Assembly (NCBI GenBank): GCA_963924565.1
Contig: OZ004609.1
Location: 5,208,001 to 5,272,000, forward strand
DNA from: Ascidiella aspersa
Taxonomy: Eukaryota
DNA: 64,000 nt
Direction: 5' to 3'
Shown: piece after piece, positions 23,711 to 34,203 of the stretch
Layout of the letters: each line of letters begins with the position of its first letter
How positions within the stretch are numbered: the first letter of the stretch is position 1
Position numbers and translations under genes: made by a program
Notes under the pieces: model-generated
Told to the model about the DNA's origin: nothing
The model's database searches: none
Seen by the model: only the letters and a program-made list of their open reading frames with translations

Positions 23711-25309
23711 TTAAAAGAGGTCGCGTTCGAAGTTTGTCGGTTGGTCGAGGTGCTTAGGCCCTTTTAGAGGGGTTTGTGTTCGGTTTATGATTTTGCGTTT
23801 GGCTTCAAGGTCCTGGGGAGAAAGTTCATCCGCAGGCCTTTTGTTTTTGTTCTTATTTTTTTGTTGTTGATCTTCTTCTTTTGGTTCTTCTTCTTCGTCG
23901 TCGTCGTTTTCGTTTTCGTTTTTCTCGTTTGCTTCCTTATTAAATTGTTGGTTGGGTTCGGGTGGTGTGTTAGGGATTAGTAGCAGGTCAGATGGGGAAG
24001 AGGAGGAGGAGGATGAGGGGGTGGGGGAGTTGGATGGGGAGGGGGAGGGGGGGTGGTTCATGGAGAAGAAGTGGTCCGAGGTTGATACCGTTCTTCCAGA
24101 TTTTATGTCGTTTGTGTTTTGGTGTTGTTGTTCTAGGGGTATTTCTATTGGGTTTTCTTTGTTTTCATCTTTTTCGGCAATGTCGTTTTCTTGTACCGTT
24201 TCAATAGAGTCTCTTGATTCGTCAATGATGAGTATTTTTGAGCGGTCATGGTTTTCGTCGGGTTGTTCATGGTTATTTTCCAAGTTTGGTAGATGTTCGT
24301 CGTGGGGGTTTGGCGGAGGTGGTATTGTATGAGGTTGGCCGTTTTCGTCTCTTTCCTTTAGTTGTTCTCTGGTTTGTTGTAATTTTTGTAGATTTCTTTC
24401 GGTGTCTTTTTGTGGGCTGATTTCTATCCTTCTATTAAGATTAATTTGGTTTTCATGATTTTGAATAATTCTATTTATATTGATTTTTCCTCCTGGGTTG
24501 TAGCGGTTGTTTGGTGTTGAGGTCTTCTTTTGTTTTAGCGGCGGATATTCGTTTTCTTGTCTGAGGTTGAGAGGGTCTTCGGATTGTTGTTGGTAGAGTT
24601 CCTTGTGGATGGAGGATGCCTCCGGACATTCTTTTATGAAGTGTCCGGGTTTGAAACAGAGTCGGCAGATTTTTTCCGCTGGGCAGTTGTTGGCCCAGTG
24701 GCCTCGTTCGCCGCAGTTGCGGCAGACGGGCCCAAAGGTTTCGCCTGGTTTAACGGTCTGTATCCTTTGGTTTGCCACTGTTATTTCGGGTTTAATATTG
24801 ATTGATTTTACATTTTCCAAAAATATATTGACGTAGCCATTGAAAATGTCCGGTCTGCTTTTGTGTGTGCAGAAGATGGTTTTTTTTATTTGACCCCACT
24901 GCAATTTCTGGGCGATATCTTTCAGATGGTTTTCTGTCCATTCGAGTGGGACGGGGTAGAGTGATACTTTATACAGGGGTTTACTGGGTTGTTGCGATGA
25001 TATTTTTATAATATGGTGGGAGGGTAATTTTATAGATTTGCCGTTTTCCAGTTCGGCGTGCAATTTGTTCATATTGAATTTTCCTCTGTGATGGTCGCTG
25101 TTGAAGGTTAGCTGGAAGATTTTTAGTTTGCGGTTGACGGTTCTTGCTCCAATTATATGGGGGTTATATGGTTTAAGGGCGTTTTCGAGTTCGAACAATT
25201 TTAGGAAGTCAATTATAGAGAAATTGTCTATGTCGTGAATTTGGACGTTAAGCGTCCGCTGTATCCTGTAGTCAGGTCCTGTTCCTTTTAAGGGGCTGTG
25301 GTGGTCCAT
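23711..25309 (-). CDS. E4 ORF1 (family B), two CCHC knuckles
   Basis: CRNCGERGHWANNC and CRLCFKPGHFIKEC; first ATG at 25309 (frame open to a GTG at 25411). Confidence 0.9.
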   Translation of the reverse strand: MDHHSPLKGTGPDYRIQRTLNVQIHDIDNFSIIDFLKLFELENALKPYNPHIIGARTVNRKLKIFQLTFNSDHHRGKFNMNKLHAELENGKSIKLPSHHIIKISSQQPSKPLYKVSLYPVPLEWTENHLKDIAQKLQWGQIKKTIFCTHKSRPDIFNGYVNIFLENVKSINIKPEITVANQRIQTVKPGETFGPVCRNCGERGHWANNCPAEKICRLCFKPGHFIKECPEASSIHKELYQQQSEDPLNLRQENEYPPLKQKKTSTPNNRYNPGGKININRIIQNHENQINLNRRIEISPQKDTERNLQKLQQTREQLKERDENGQPHTIPPPPNPHDEHLPNLENNHEQPDENHDRSKILIIDESRDSIETVQENDIAEKDENKENPIEIPLEQQHQNTNDIKSGRTVSTSDHFFSMNHPPSPSPSNSPTPSSSSSSSPSDLLLIPNTPPEPNQQFNKEANEKNENENDDDEEEEPKEEDQQQKNKNKNKRPADELSPQDLEAKRKIINRTQTPLKGPKHLDQPTNFERDLF

Positions 25310-25675
25310 TCTTTTCGTTTGTGGTTTGTTGACTGGCGAGCGTTTATGAGAAGGAAGGAGGGGACAGGAGGATCTGAGAGATTGTGGTATAGTGAGTGTC
25401 CCTGTACTCACGGTAGGAGTAGAGGGAAGGAAGCAAAGGGGCGCGGAAGCGATACGAGTTGGAGCTGGCGAGTGATTTTGTTTCAGTATCGGCGAACGCT
25501 GCTCAGAAATTAGGCGGGAAAATGCGAAAAAATTGTCGTTTGCGGGGAAGACGCCTAGCGTCTATGTGTTAGTTGTTTTTAGTTCAAGAGAAATGGCGGG
25601 AAAAGTTTGCCGTACAGGGGGTGACGTGTGCGTGACGTCACTTGCGCGAAAAAGGACGGGGCGAAAAATTTGCAG

Positions 25676-25932
25676 AGTACAAAAGTCAGTGGTCTCCACT
25701 AGATGGAGCTAGAGAGGCCAAAAAAATGCCGGGAGCTTCGCTGGAAAACGAAGACCGGGAGGGCGAAAAATAGACTAAGTACAGCGGGGCGAGAAAAAGG
25801 CGATGCGCAAAAACAACAAAGTACAAAGTCAGTGATCTCCACTAGATGGAGCTAAAGAGGCCAAAAAAATGCCGGGAGCTTCGCTACAAAAAGAAAAACG
25901 GGAAGGCGAAAAATACTCTAAGTACAGCGGGG
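25676..25932. repeat. Direct duplication of about 115 bp (period about 143) in the E4 5' UTR
   Basis: AGTACAAA(A)GTCAGTG..CCACTAGATGGAGCTA..GCCGGGAGCTTCGCT..CTAAGTACAGCGGGG occurs twice. Confidence 0.85.
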
Positions 25933-26422
25933 GAGTCCCTGTGACGTCACCCGGCGCACTTAGGTACGAAAAAGCTAACACTAATACACTAATAATACAC
26001 ACACAGGGTAGCCACTAGAGGGCTCCAAAGGGTTAGACGATAACGTTATTTGACCAAGTTAAAACACTTGGAGGTACACGAGTTAATAGGCGCAAAAGGT
26101 TACAATGAGGTGGCACTATGCAGTCAAACTACACGTTAGGAGGCGCTCTTTCGCTTAGGGCGAAGAGTACGATTTACAGCGATTTACAACAAGAGATAAG
26201 AGTAGTAAACACAAAGGCCCTACAACAGCCTGCCTGCCGCCCCTGTAACTGTTTGTTACAGCGGCTGCTGACTAATACCTTCTAGCAAGGTCTGACACAG
26301 AGAAACGCACAAGAACCTCTAACAGGTCGATAATACAAGAGAGAAAAAACGTCACAAGGTATATCCAAAAGGTTGAAAGGCTCGCAGTTGCGGGTGATTC
26401 TACGAAAATAAGATAAAGTCCG

Positions 26423-27000
26423 GGTGGAACAAGTTACCTTATTCAAATAGAATACTTTAAAATCGCGCGGCTAAGGCTTTATGCGAAGGCCAACTTTCAA
26501 AAACGCCAGTTTACTCAATATACGATTGTATGACTTCACCACCTATATAAGGGTGTCGCCAGAGAGGCGCTGGTAAGTATTCACCATGCTATGTGGTCAC
26601 GTGGTACTTCGCGTTGTTCGAAATTTCTTGTCGCGCCCCGTTCGTTTCAACCGCGACATTTTTAACAAAAAATTAACGCTCAAAAAGCCAACTCAACATT
26701 GATCCCAATGCATATCGCGCGCTGTGGCACTTCAAAGGGCGGCCTACACGCAAGAGAGAAGCGCCCTACGGTAAGTTGGAGGAAGCGTCACCTGCGAAAG
26801 CCACGGGGGTCGGGCAGACTTGCAAAGGAGAGAGAGAAGCTGATTTTGGTTATGGGAGAGTGGGCCAGGGCTATACATGCATTTTCGCCATCTCTTAATT
26901 TGACAAAGGACGCGATTACGCGATTTGGGGATTTTGCTACATGAATGCAATACAGTGGGGGTAGCTTGGATAAGCGATTGATTGGTTCTAAAAAATATTC
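26423..27000 (-). repeat. SL RNA gene repeat unit (1 copy); SL exon 26438-26453 fused to E4
   Basis: 584-bp unit sequence; donor GTAACT. Confidence 0.95.
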
Positions 27001-27663
27001 TTTTTTTTATCTTTTTTATTGGTAAGAAAAGAAATGAAAATACAGCGAAACAGGTTAAAAGTCCAACGTAAAGTGGAGAAACGAAAAGTAATAAAATGGC
27101 ATTGCGCTAAACGACGATGGGACAGGGCGATACGATCATAGTTACAGGCGAGAAATTGCGATTTTAGTAGGTAAGCGATAAGTTAACTAATTGAGCGATA
27201 TTCCATGGTTATACATTGACTAGAACATGAACATATAAGATTTTCAATCGTTACGGTTGCGATACATAAGTGAATGTGAAGGTGTGTGTAGGCAGGTTTA
27301 CTGCTCGAAAGGATGTGGATGGGGTTGCGAATACATTTACAGTTGTGAAGGTAGTGTGTAGGTAGCGTTATTGCTACGCACGAGCACACACAAGCGGAAG
27401 TGGGGACAGTTGTATTAATTTTTATACGGGTTGCATGGGAGTGAAGGTAGTATGTATATTGCGATGCTGCGCTCGAGCATACGCGGAAATACGAGAAGGG
27501 ATATTATTAATTTGCATTTTGATAATGCAGTCAGAGTGGTTCTGCTTTGGCCTTATTCATGGAGTATTGCAATTTGGGATAAGGCAATTTTTGTTTACTG
27601 TTGTTGCGAGATATGAGACTAATATATTAATGAAATAACATTTTATAGCGGAGAAATTTTGAT

Positions 27664-27735
27664 GGTTGCTCCGGGGTTCGAACCCGTGCCCTTAGGATTG
27701 CAGAGCTGGCGTTTTAACCATTAGGCCATTCGGTC
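27664..27735 (-). promoter_or_regulatory. tRNA-derived Pol III promoter in E5 3' UTR
   Basis: A box TGGCCTAATGG; B box GGTTCGAACCC at tRNA spacing. Confidence 0.75.
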
Positions 27736-27833
27736 GGCTAGTCTGTGGTCAGTATTTGGCGAAGTTATTTGTGCGTGGTAGTTGAGTGCGTCTCGTTGCT
27801 GCTTATTTTGCTTAGGGCTGTGATTTGATGTTT

Positions 27834-30800
27834 TTACTCGGGATTGTTCTCTGTGTTGGTTTGTGTTTGGATATCGTTTAAAATAGTTTTAAATTTAACT
27901 TTTATTTTCCAAGTTGTTTCGTTCACGAATTCTTGTGGGTTGTGCAGGTATTCGTTTTCTGTTGTAAGTTTGTTTTTTTCGGTTATTAGTATTTGCTTTG
28001 TGAGAACTAGTAATTTTTGTTTGCTCAGACTGTGTTGAAATTCTGTTGGGTTTTGATTGTATAGGATGGCGTAGTGGTCTGGGGTAAAAGTAAAGCCGTG
28101 TTCATGGGTTGCTATTTGATTGAGGTTTGTATATATTTTTTTTGTTATGTTGCATTGGTATAGAAGGTGTTTTATATTGTCGTTGGGCCCGTGGCAGTAG
28201 TTGCATCTGTTTATTCTAATTTTTCCTGTTGAGGTTCTGATTATGTTACGTGATTTTCGGAAGTCGCCCCATTTATATGCTTGGTGGGCCGTGAGGTAAG
28301 ATGTTTGCCGTTCTGTATTATTAAATATTTTTTTTTGTTTCGATTTAATAAGGTGTATATCTTTCCAGTTTATAATTTCGTTTTCCATTTTGATTTCGGT
28401 ATGTATTGTTTTCTTTTGGACCAGGATGTCGTAGATGGCTCGCATTTTATTATTTATCCAATCAAATTCGTTGTGTGTTTCATATATTATATTGTAGTGT
28501 TTGACGATAAATTGCCATTGTGAATTAATTTGCTGTTGTTTGGGGTAGTGATTGCCGAATAAGTGCGGGATGATGAGTTTTCCTTTAGTGCCCATTTGGT
28601 ACATGTACCAACTTTGATAGGGTTGGGTGGGCTCGATGGTGTTTTTCATTTGTGATATTTTTTCCAATTGAGCCGCAGCGATTTTAGTTTCGAGGTCTGG
28701 CATATGGATTCCACCGTTTTGTTTCGTATTTATGAGTTTAAGCCGCTTGATGGGTTCAATTTTTTTTGGGTGCCACAGGAATTCGTACAGTAATTTGTTT
28801 ATTTCTTTTATTATTTTTTTTGTCGGTATGATAATACGTGCGATATGGATTATTTGTGAGATCATTAGAGCATTTATCATGTGTATTTTCCCGTAAATTG
28901 TTTGGTTGAGTTTATTGAATTTGTGTTGTATGGCTTGAATTTTGTTTTTCGCTTTTATCCAGTTAATATTTATTAGTGAGTATTGAGTGTTGTAATGTAT
29001 GCCTAGAATTTTAACTTGTTCTTTAATGTGTTGTGGGTATAATTCTAAAAGTTGTGTTTTTATGAAGGGTGTAAAGGTAATAATTTGAGTTTTGTCCATG
29101 TTAAGTTTTTGTCCTGTTATCTTTTGGTAGTTTTTGAGTTCCTTGAAGAGTTCCAGCGCACTGTTTTTGTCCGAGATATAGAATGTGTTGTCGTCCGCAA
29201 ATTGTTGTATGACGATTTTTGTTTTGAATAGTTTAAATCCTGTTATTTTTTTGTTCCTTTTTATCATTTTGTTTAAGATTTCTCCTATACAGGTGTATAG
29301 CAGCATACTAAGGGGACATCCTTGGCGGAGGCCTCTTTTTATGGTGATTTTTTCAGTTAGTTCGCCGTTCACTTCCAGTTGGCTGTTTATGTCCGTGTAT
29401 AAGATTTCGATCCATTTGATGAGATTTTGGTTGATTCCGAAGGATGTGAGGGTTTTTATTATTAGTGCGTGGTCTACTCGGTCAAAAGCTTTCTCGAAGT
29501 CTGTGAGTACGATTGCCAGTTCCTCCGATTTTGCTTTTGCGTACTCTATGACTGAAGTGGTATTGTAATGGATATGTTCGATACGTCTGTCTTCTATGCC
29601 GCATTTCTGATCTATGTTTATTTTATCTTTTAATTTCTTTTTTAGCTTGTTTGTAATGATTTTGCTGAGAATTTTGTATTCCGTTGTTAAAACCGAAATC
29701 GGGCGCCAATTTTTAATTTCGTTTAGAGGTCCTTTTTTTGGTAGTAGTTTGGTTATTGCAGTTTTCATCGTTTGCGTTAGATTTCCTTGTAGTTGTATAT
29801 TTATAAAAAGCTCTTGTAGATCTTCCTTTAGTTGATGCCAAAAGTGTTGATAAAATTCCGAAGTCAGTCCGTCGATTCCCGGGGTCGTGATTTTGTTTAA
29901 ATCTTTCATTGCTTTTGTTAGGTCGGTTAGTGGAAAAAATTTATCTTCTATTTTTTCTGTATTTGAGGTTTGTTCCGTTTTGAGTATTTCGTTTTGTCCG
30001 TTTATGTTTAGGCTGTCTTTTTTTCCCCATAAGTTGTAGTAGAATTTGTGTATTTCTATTTTGATTTCCGCGTTGGTTTGTATTAGATTTCCTTTCTCGT
30101 CTTTAATTTTATCTATTTTTTGTTTTTCGCCGTTTTGTTTTTCTAGTTGATAAAAGTGTCTGTCTGGTGTTTCATTTTCTGCTAGGTTTTTGATTCTGGA
30201 TCGTATTTTCGCTCCCGCTGTGCGTTTTCTTTCCATTTCTTTCAGTTTTTCTATAATTGATATGTATTGTTCGTTATGGGTTGTGTTTCTGCTATTCATT
30301 TTTGCATGTATTGATTTTAGTTTGTTTCTGAGTTCATTTTCTTCGATGTTTTCTGTGCGTTTTTTTTCGATGCAGTAAGTTATGGTTTCTTTTTTGATTT
30401 TCTTTTTGAGGTGTTCCCACCACGCTAGTAGGTGTGGGTGTTCGTCTTTTTTTGTTTTTTCGTGTTCTATGGTTTGTTTTATTGCGTTTGTGTATTTTTC
30501 GTCTTTCAAGATATCATTGTTTAGTTTCCAGTGTCCGTTTATAATTTTTTTTTTGTTAATTTTACCAATTGTTATGAATGGTGCTTGAGTGTGATCTGAT
30601 ATTACATGTGGGATGTGTCCTGTTTGGTAGATTTTATTTGTGTTGTTGTCTTTGTTGTATATTCTGTCTATTCGTGTTGCTATTGTTGGGGTTACGCGTG
30701 TGTAGACTTTAGTATTGGGGTAGCGTTGCCTGAAGGTATCTTGTAAGCAGAATTGTGTTTTTGCTTGTCGCCATTGTTTTCGGTCTTTTGTGTTGTGTGT

Positions 30801-31334
30801 ATTTGTATTTGTAGAGTCGCTATCGTGTTCTGTGAAGTTGAAGTCCCCCATTAGAATGAGGTCGTCATAATGGTTTGCGTTTTGGTTTAGATATTTTTCT
30901 ATCTCATGGATTTGGTTGGTTCTTTGTTTTATTTGTGCATTTGCTTGGCCAGATTTTAGGTAGATATTCAGGAGTCTTGTTTTCTTATGGTTCTTGATTT
31001 CGTTTTTGTGTGTTAGTGTAATTTCTTGTATCCAGTTTTGTAGTATTATGTTTTGTTCAATGTCCCAGTTTGAATTGATTTCTTCCTTATATAATACGAG
31101 TGTGCCTTGCCAGAAATGTTTTACATTTTCGTTTGTGTTAATGTTTAGTACGTATTTAAGTTTTTCCTTTTCGGCCCAATTTTTAAGACTGTTTTCGTTT
31201 ATTTTGTGGGTTTCTTGCATAAGGCAGATATCGATTTCGTTTTGTTTGATGAATGTTCCTAGTTGGTGTAATTTGTTGTGTATTCCGTTAATGTTTAGTG
31301 TGCATATCTTTAATGTTGTTTTGGTGTGTGACAT
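27834..31334 (-). CDS. E5 ORF2: APE endonuclease-RT
   Basis: Complete EN, RT and CCHC motifs; ATG at 31334 (MSHTK). Confidence 0.97.
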   Translation of the reverse strand: MSHTKTTLKICTLNINGIHNKLHQLGTFIKQNEIDICLMQETHKINENSLKNWAEKEKLKYVLNINTNENVKHFWQGTLVLYKEEINSNWDIEQNIILQNWIQEITLTHKNEIKNHKKTRLLNIYLKSGQANAQIKQRTNQIHEIEKYLNQNANHYDDLILMGDFNFTEHDSDSTNTNTHNTKDRKQWRQAKTQFCLQDTFRQRYPNTKVYTRVTPTIATRIDRIYNKDNNTNKIYQTGHIPHVISDHTQAPFITIGKINKKKIINGHWKLNNDILKDEKYTNAIKQTIEHEKTKKDEHPHLLAWWEHLKKKIKKETITYCIEKKRTENIEENELRNKLKSIHAKMNSRNTTHNEQYISIIEKLKEMERKRTAGAKIRSRIKNLAENETPDRHFYQLEKQNGEKQKIDKIKDEKGNLIQTNAEIKIEIHKFYYNLWGKKDSLNINGQNEILKTEQTSNTEKIEDKFFPLTDLTKAMKDLNKITTPGIDGLTSEFYQHFWHQLKEDLQELFINIQLQGNLTQTMKTAITKLLPKKGPLNEIKNWRPISVLTTEYKILSKIITNKLKKKLKDKINIDQKCGIEDRRIEHIHYNTTSVIEYAKAKSEELAIVLTDFEKAFDRVDHALIIKTLTSFGINQNLIKWIEILYTDINSQLEVNGELTEKITIKRGLRQGCPLSMLLYTCIGEILNKMIKRNKKITGFKLFKTKIVIQQFADDNTFYISDKNSALELFKELKNYQKITGQKLNMDKTQIITFTPFIKTQLLELYPQHIKEQVKILGIHYNTQYSLININWIKAKNKIQAIQHKFNKLNQTIYGKIHMINALMISQIIHIARIIIPTKKIIKEINKLLYEFLWHPKKIEPIKRLKLINTKQNGGIHMPDLETKIAAAQLEKISQMKNTIEPTQPYQSWYMYQMGTKGKLIIPHLFGNHYPKQQQINSQWQFIVKHYNIIYETHNEFDWINNKMRAIYDILVQKKTIHTEIKMENEIINWKDIHLIKSKQKKIFNNTERQTSYLTAHQAYKWGDFRKSRNIIRTSTGKIRINRCNYCHGPNDNIKHLLYQCNITKKIYTNLNQIATHEHGFTFTPDHYAILYNQNPTEFQHSLSKQKLLVLTKQILITEKNKLTTENEYLHNPQEFVNETTWKIKVKFKTILNDIQTQTNTENNPE

Positions 31335-31389
31335 AATGTTCAAGAAAGGGGGGGAAGACGCAAAGATTTAAAAGTACGATTTATATATA

Positions 31390-33162
31390 TTAACCAATGG
31401 TGGCGTTTACTTGGACTATTATACCGGATGAGTTAACACTAATTTCGGGTGGTGTGTTCTGTATATTTCTTCGTTTGTTTTCTTCATCGTCGGTGGATAG
31501 TTGTCGTTTTCTTTCGTTATCCAGGGGTGTTGAGTGCTGTATGGGGTTTGGGTTATTTGGTGTCGGTAATTCATCTTCTTTGGATTCTTCTTGGTTGGCT
31601 TCTTTTTTTGGCGGTTTTTTTCTTCTGTGTTTTGGTCTTTTTCTTGTTTTTTTTGGATGGTAGTTTTCGTCATCAGAAGGTTCCGTGTTGGTTGTATTGG
31701 AGTTTGGAAAAGGATTGAGGAAGACAGACGAGTAGTCGTCGCTAGAAAGAGGGGGTGAGGAAGAGGAGGAGGAGGAGTGGGAGAGGGAGGAGGAGGGAGG
31801 GTTGTAGTCGTTGTCATGGTCGTCTGGTATCGATGCTATGGTTGAGGGAACGGAGTCAGGTGGGTCGGATAGGTTTGGCGGTCCTAGGTAGGGTGATTCG
31901 ATTTTTTCAATTGGAGATGTATTTTGTACGGGGATATTTGGGGTGGATGGTTTGCTGTTTTGGTCTGGTTGGTTTCTTGCTTCTTTGTTGGTATGGTTAG
32001 ATCCTGGGCTCATTGGCTTGTTATTTAGGTGGTTTGCGGAAGTTGACGGGGTGTTTTCTTGTATGTCTTGGGGTGCCGGTAGATTGGTTCGTTGCGGGTT
32101 TTCGTTTATGTTTTCTGTGTCCATTTTTTCATTTCCGTTTTCGTTATCAGGGATTAGATTTTCTGCTATCTCGATAATTTCATCTTTCTTGTGTAGCTCT
32201 TTTTCTTTGCTGTGGGAATGATTTGTTGCGTTGGATTCGTTGCTTTGGTTTAAGGTGTGATTCGGGGTTGCCATGAATCCTTGGTTGAAGATTTCCTGTT
32301 TTCTTAGTCTTTCTTCTAACTGTTTGATTACGGCTTCCAAGGAGGCCGTATTTTTTGGGTCGAAACGGTTTGCTGGTGTTGACGTTCTGAAACCTTGCAA
32401 TTTTGGGAATTCTCTGTCAAAGATTTGGTCGTGTGTCTCGCTGGGTGGTTTGTTATGGAGGAGATCGCGGTCAAATTCTGGTGTTATAATTGGTTCGTTG
32501 GGGCAGTCTTTCATCAGGTGTCCTGTTTTAAAACAAAGGCGGCATGTTTGGGGGTTGGGACATTGGCTAGCCCAATGTCCCCTCTCGTTGCAATTTCTGC
32601 ATACCGGTCCGAATGATTGGCCTGGTTTCACGATTTGTATCCTGTTTTTCTTGTAGAATATTTCCGGCTGGATGTTTTCAAGTTTAGGATCTACTAAGAA
32701 TAGATTAACGTAGCCATTCATCTTGTCTTGTCTAGATTTGTGAGTGCAAAATTGAGTACCTTTAGGTTTTCCCCATTGTAATTCAGACGCTATTTTAAAG
32801 ATATGATCTTGTGTCCATTCAAACGGGATCGGGAATAGGGTAATTTTGGTTTGGGGGAGGGTGGGTTCGAAAGATTTCAATTCTATTATTTGTCTATCTG
32901 ATGTTCGGATTTCTTTACCGTTTTCTAGTTCTTTGTGAAGTCTATCTCGGTTATATTGAAGGCGTGGATTTTCCTTATTAAATGTTATTTGGTAGGTTTG
33001 GTTCTTTCTGTTGAGTGTCCTTGCTCCTGTGATATTTTCATCATATTTTTTCAGTGCTTGTTCCTCATCGAATAATGATAGGAAGTTTATTATCGTAAAG
33101 TTCGATGTGTTACGAACTTGAATGTTTAGTGAACGTGTAGCATTATATTCTAATATATTCAT
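31390..33162 (-). CDS. E5 ORF1 (family A), 590 aa
   Basis: Two CCHC knuckles; ATG at 33162. Confidence 0.92.
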   Translation of the reverse strand: MNILEYNATRSLNIQVRNTSNFTIINFLSLFDEEQALKKYDENITGARTLNRKNQTYQITFNKENPRLQYNRDRLHKELENGKEIRTSDRQIIELKSFEPTLPQTKITLFPIPFEWTQDHIFKIASELQWGKPKGTQFCTHKSRQDKMNGYVNLFLVDPKLENIQPEIFYKKNRIQIVKPGQSFGPVCRNCNERGHWASQCPNPQTCRLCFKTGHLMKDCPNEPIITPEFDRDLLHNKPPSETHDQIFDREFPKLQGFRTSTPANRFDPKNTASLEAVIKQLEERLRKQEIFNQGFMATPNHTLNQSNESNATNHSHSKEKELHKKDEIIEIAENLIPDNENGNEKMDTENINENPQRTNLPAPQDIQENTPSTSANHLNNKPMSPGSNHTNKEARNQPDQNSKPSTPNIPVQNTSPIEKIESPYLGPPNLSDPPDSVPSTIASIPDDHDNDYNPPSSSLSHSSSSSSSPPLSSDDYSSVFLNPFPNSNTTNTEPSDDENYHPKKTRKRPKHRRKKPPKKEANQEESKEDELPTPNNPNPIQHSTPLDNERKRQLSTDDEENKRRNIQNTPPEISVNSSGIIVQVNATIG

Positions 33163-34203
33163 ACTTGTTTGTAGGGGAAAGGCGCAAAGGGAAGAAAGAT
33201 ACGGAGGGAATAGTGCGATACAAGAAAGGATACAAACAAACAATGTGGTGAGTGTGTTTTTATTTTATTTTTTTTATTTACCGCTAGACGGCGCTAGAGA
33301 GCAGTGGATTTTTTTGGGGTTCGCCACAAACTGTTTATTTTTTATTAACCGCTAGACGGCGTGGTGTGTGTTTTTTTGATTTGTCGGTAGATGGCGCTAG
33401 TGTGGCAAATATTTGATCAGGGCTTCGCCTCAAACGCTTAAAGGGTGGGGCGAAAAAACGACAGAGTACGAATACGATGACAGGCGGTAACAAGACAGTT
33501 AAGCTCCGCTGCAAGTTTTGGGATGTCAGGAAAAAAACAAACAAAAAGTACGAGCCAATTAGTGACGTCACTTCCGACGTCGAGGGATGAAAAATTTACA
33601 AGTATTAGAAAAGGTAGTACCACTAAGGGGCAGTAGAGATCTCGAAAATTTGCCGGGAGCTTCGCTGTATTTTTAAATACGAGTAGGCGGAAAAAGTTCT
33701 AAGTCCGTCAAGAGAGTCTCTGAGACTTCTCTCGGCGTACTTAGAAGCGCAAAAAACCACAAACACGACAAAAAATTAATAACGAGGCGAAAGAGGAGGC
33801 ACCACTAATTGGCGCACTACTAGAACGTAGTTTACCCAAGTTGAAACACTTGGCGAGAAAGATTACAAAGGCGCAAAAAATCTACAATACGATCAATAAC
33901 AAACACACAAATAAAATTAGATAGCGGTCTTTTGCTTAGAGCAAAGAGTCGGTTTTAGCACGATTAAGTACCACAAATAGTAGAAAAGTAACAACAGGTC
34001 CCTACAAAAGCCTGCCTGCCGCCCCTGCAACTGTTTGTTACAGCGGCTGCTGACTAATGCCTTCTAGTAAGGCCTGACACGAAAAGCGCAACAAAAAAAC
34101 CTCTAATAGGTTGAAATTACAAAAGAGTACGTCACAAGGGTATATCCAAAAGGTTGAAAGGCTCGCAGTTGCGGGTGATTCTACGCAAATAAGATAAAGT
34201 CCG

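Larger units (their letters stand above)
19248..26422 (-). mobile_element. E4: full-length intact family B L1/Tx1-like element
   Basis: Intact ORF1 and ORF2, AATAAA + poly(A), both ends in the SL intron. Confidence 0.95.
27001..34203 (-). mobile_element. E5: full-length intact family A L1/Tx1-like element
   Basis: Intact ORFs, AATAAA + poly(A), both ends in the SL intron. Confidence 0.95.

Noticed and set aside
31380-33162. Start/stop duplex in family A ORF1 analogous to family C
   Set aside because: Only about 8-9 AT-rich pairs (ATATATTA/TAATATAT) with no covariation evidence
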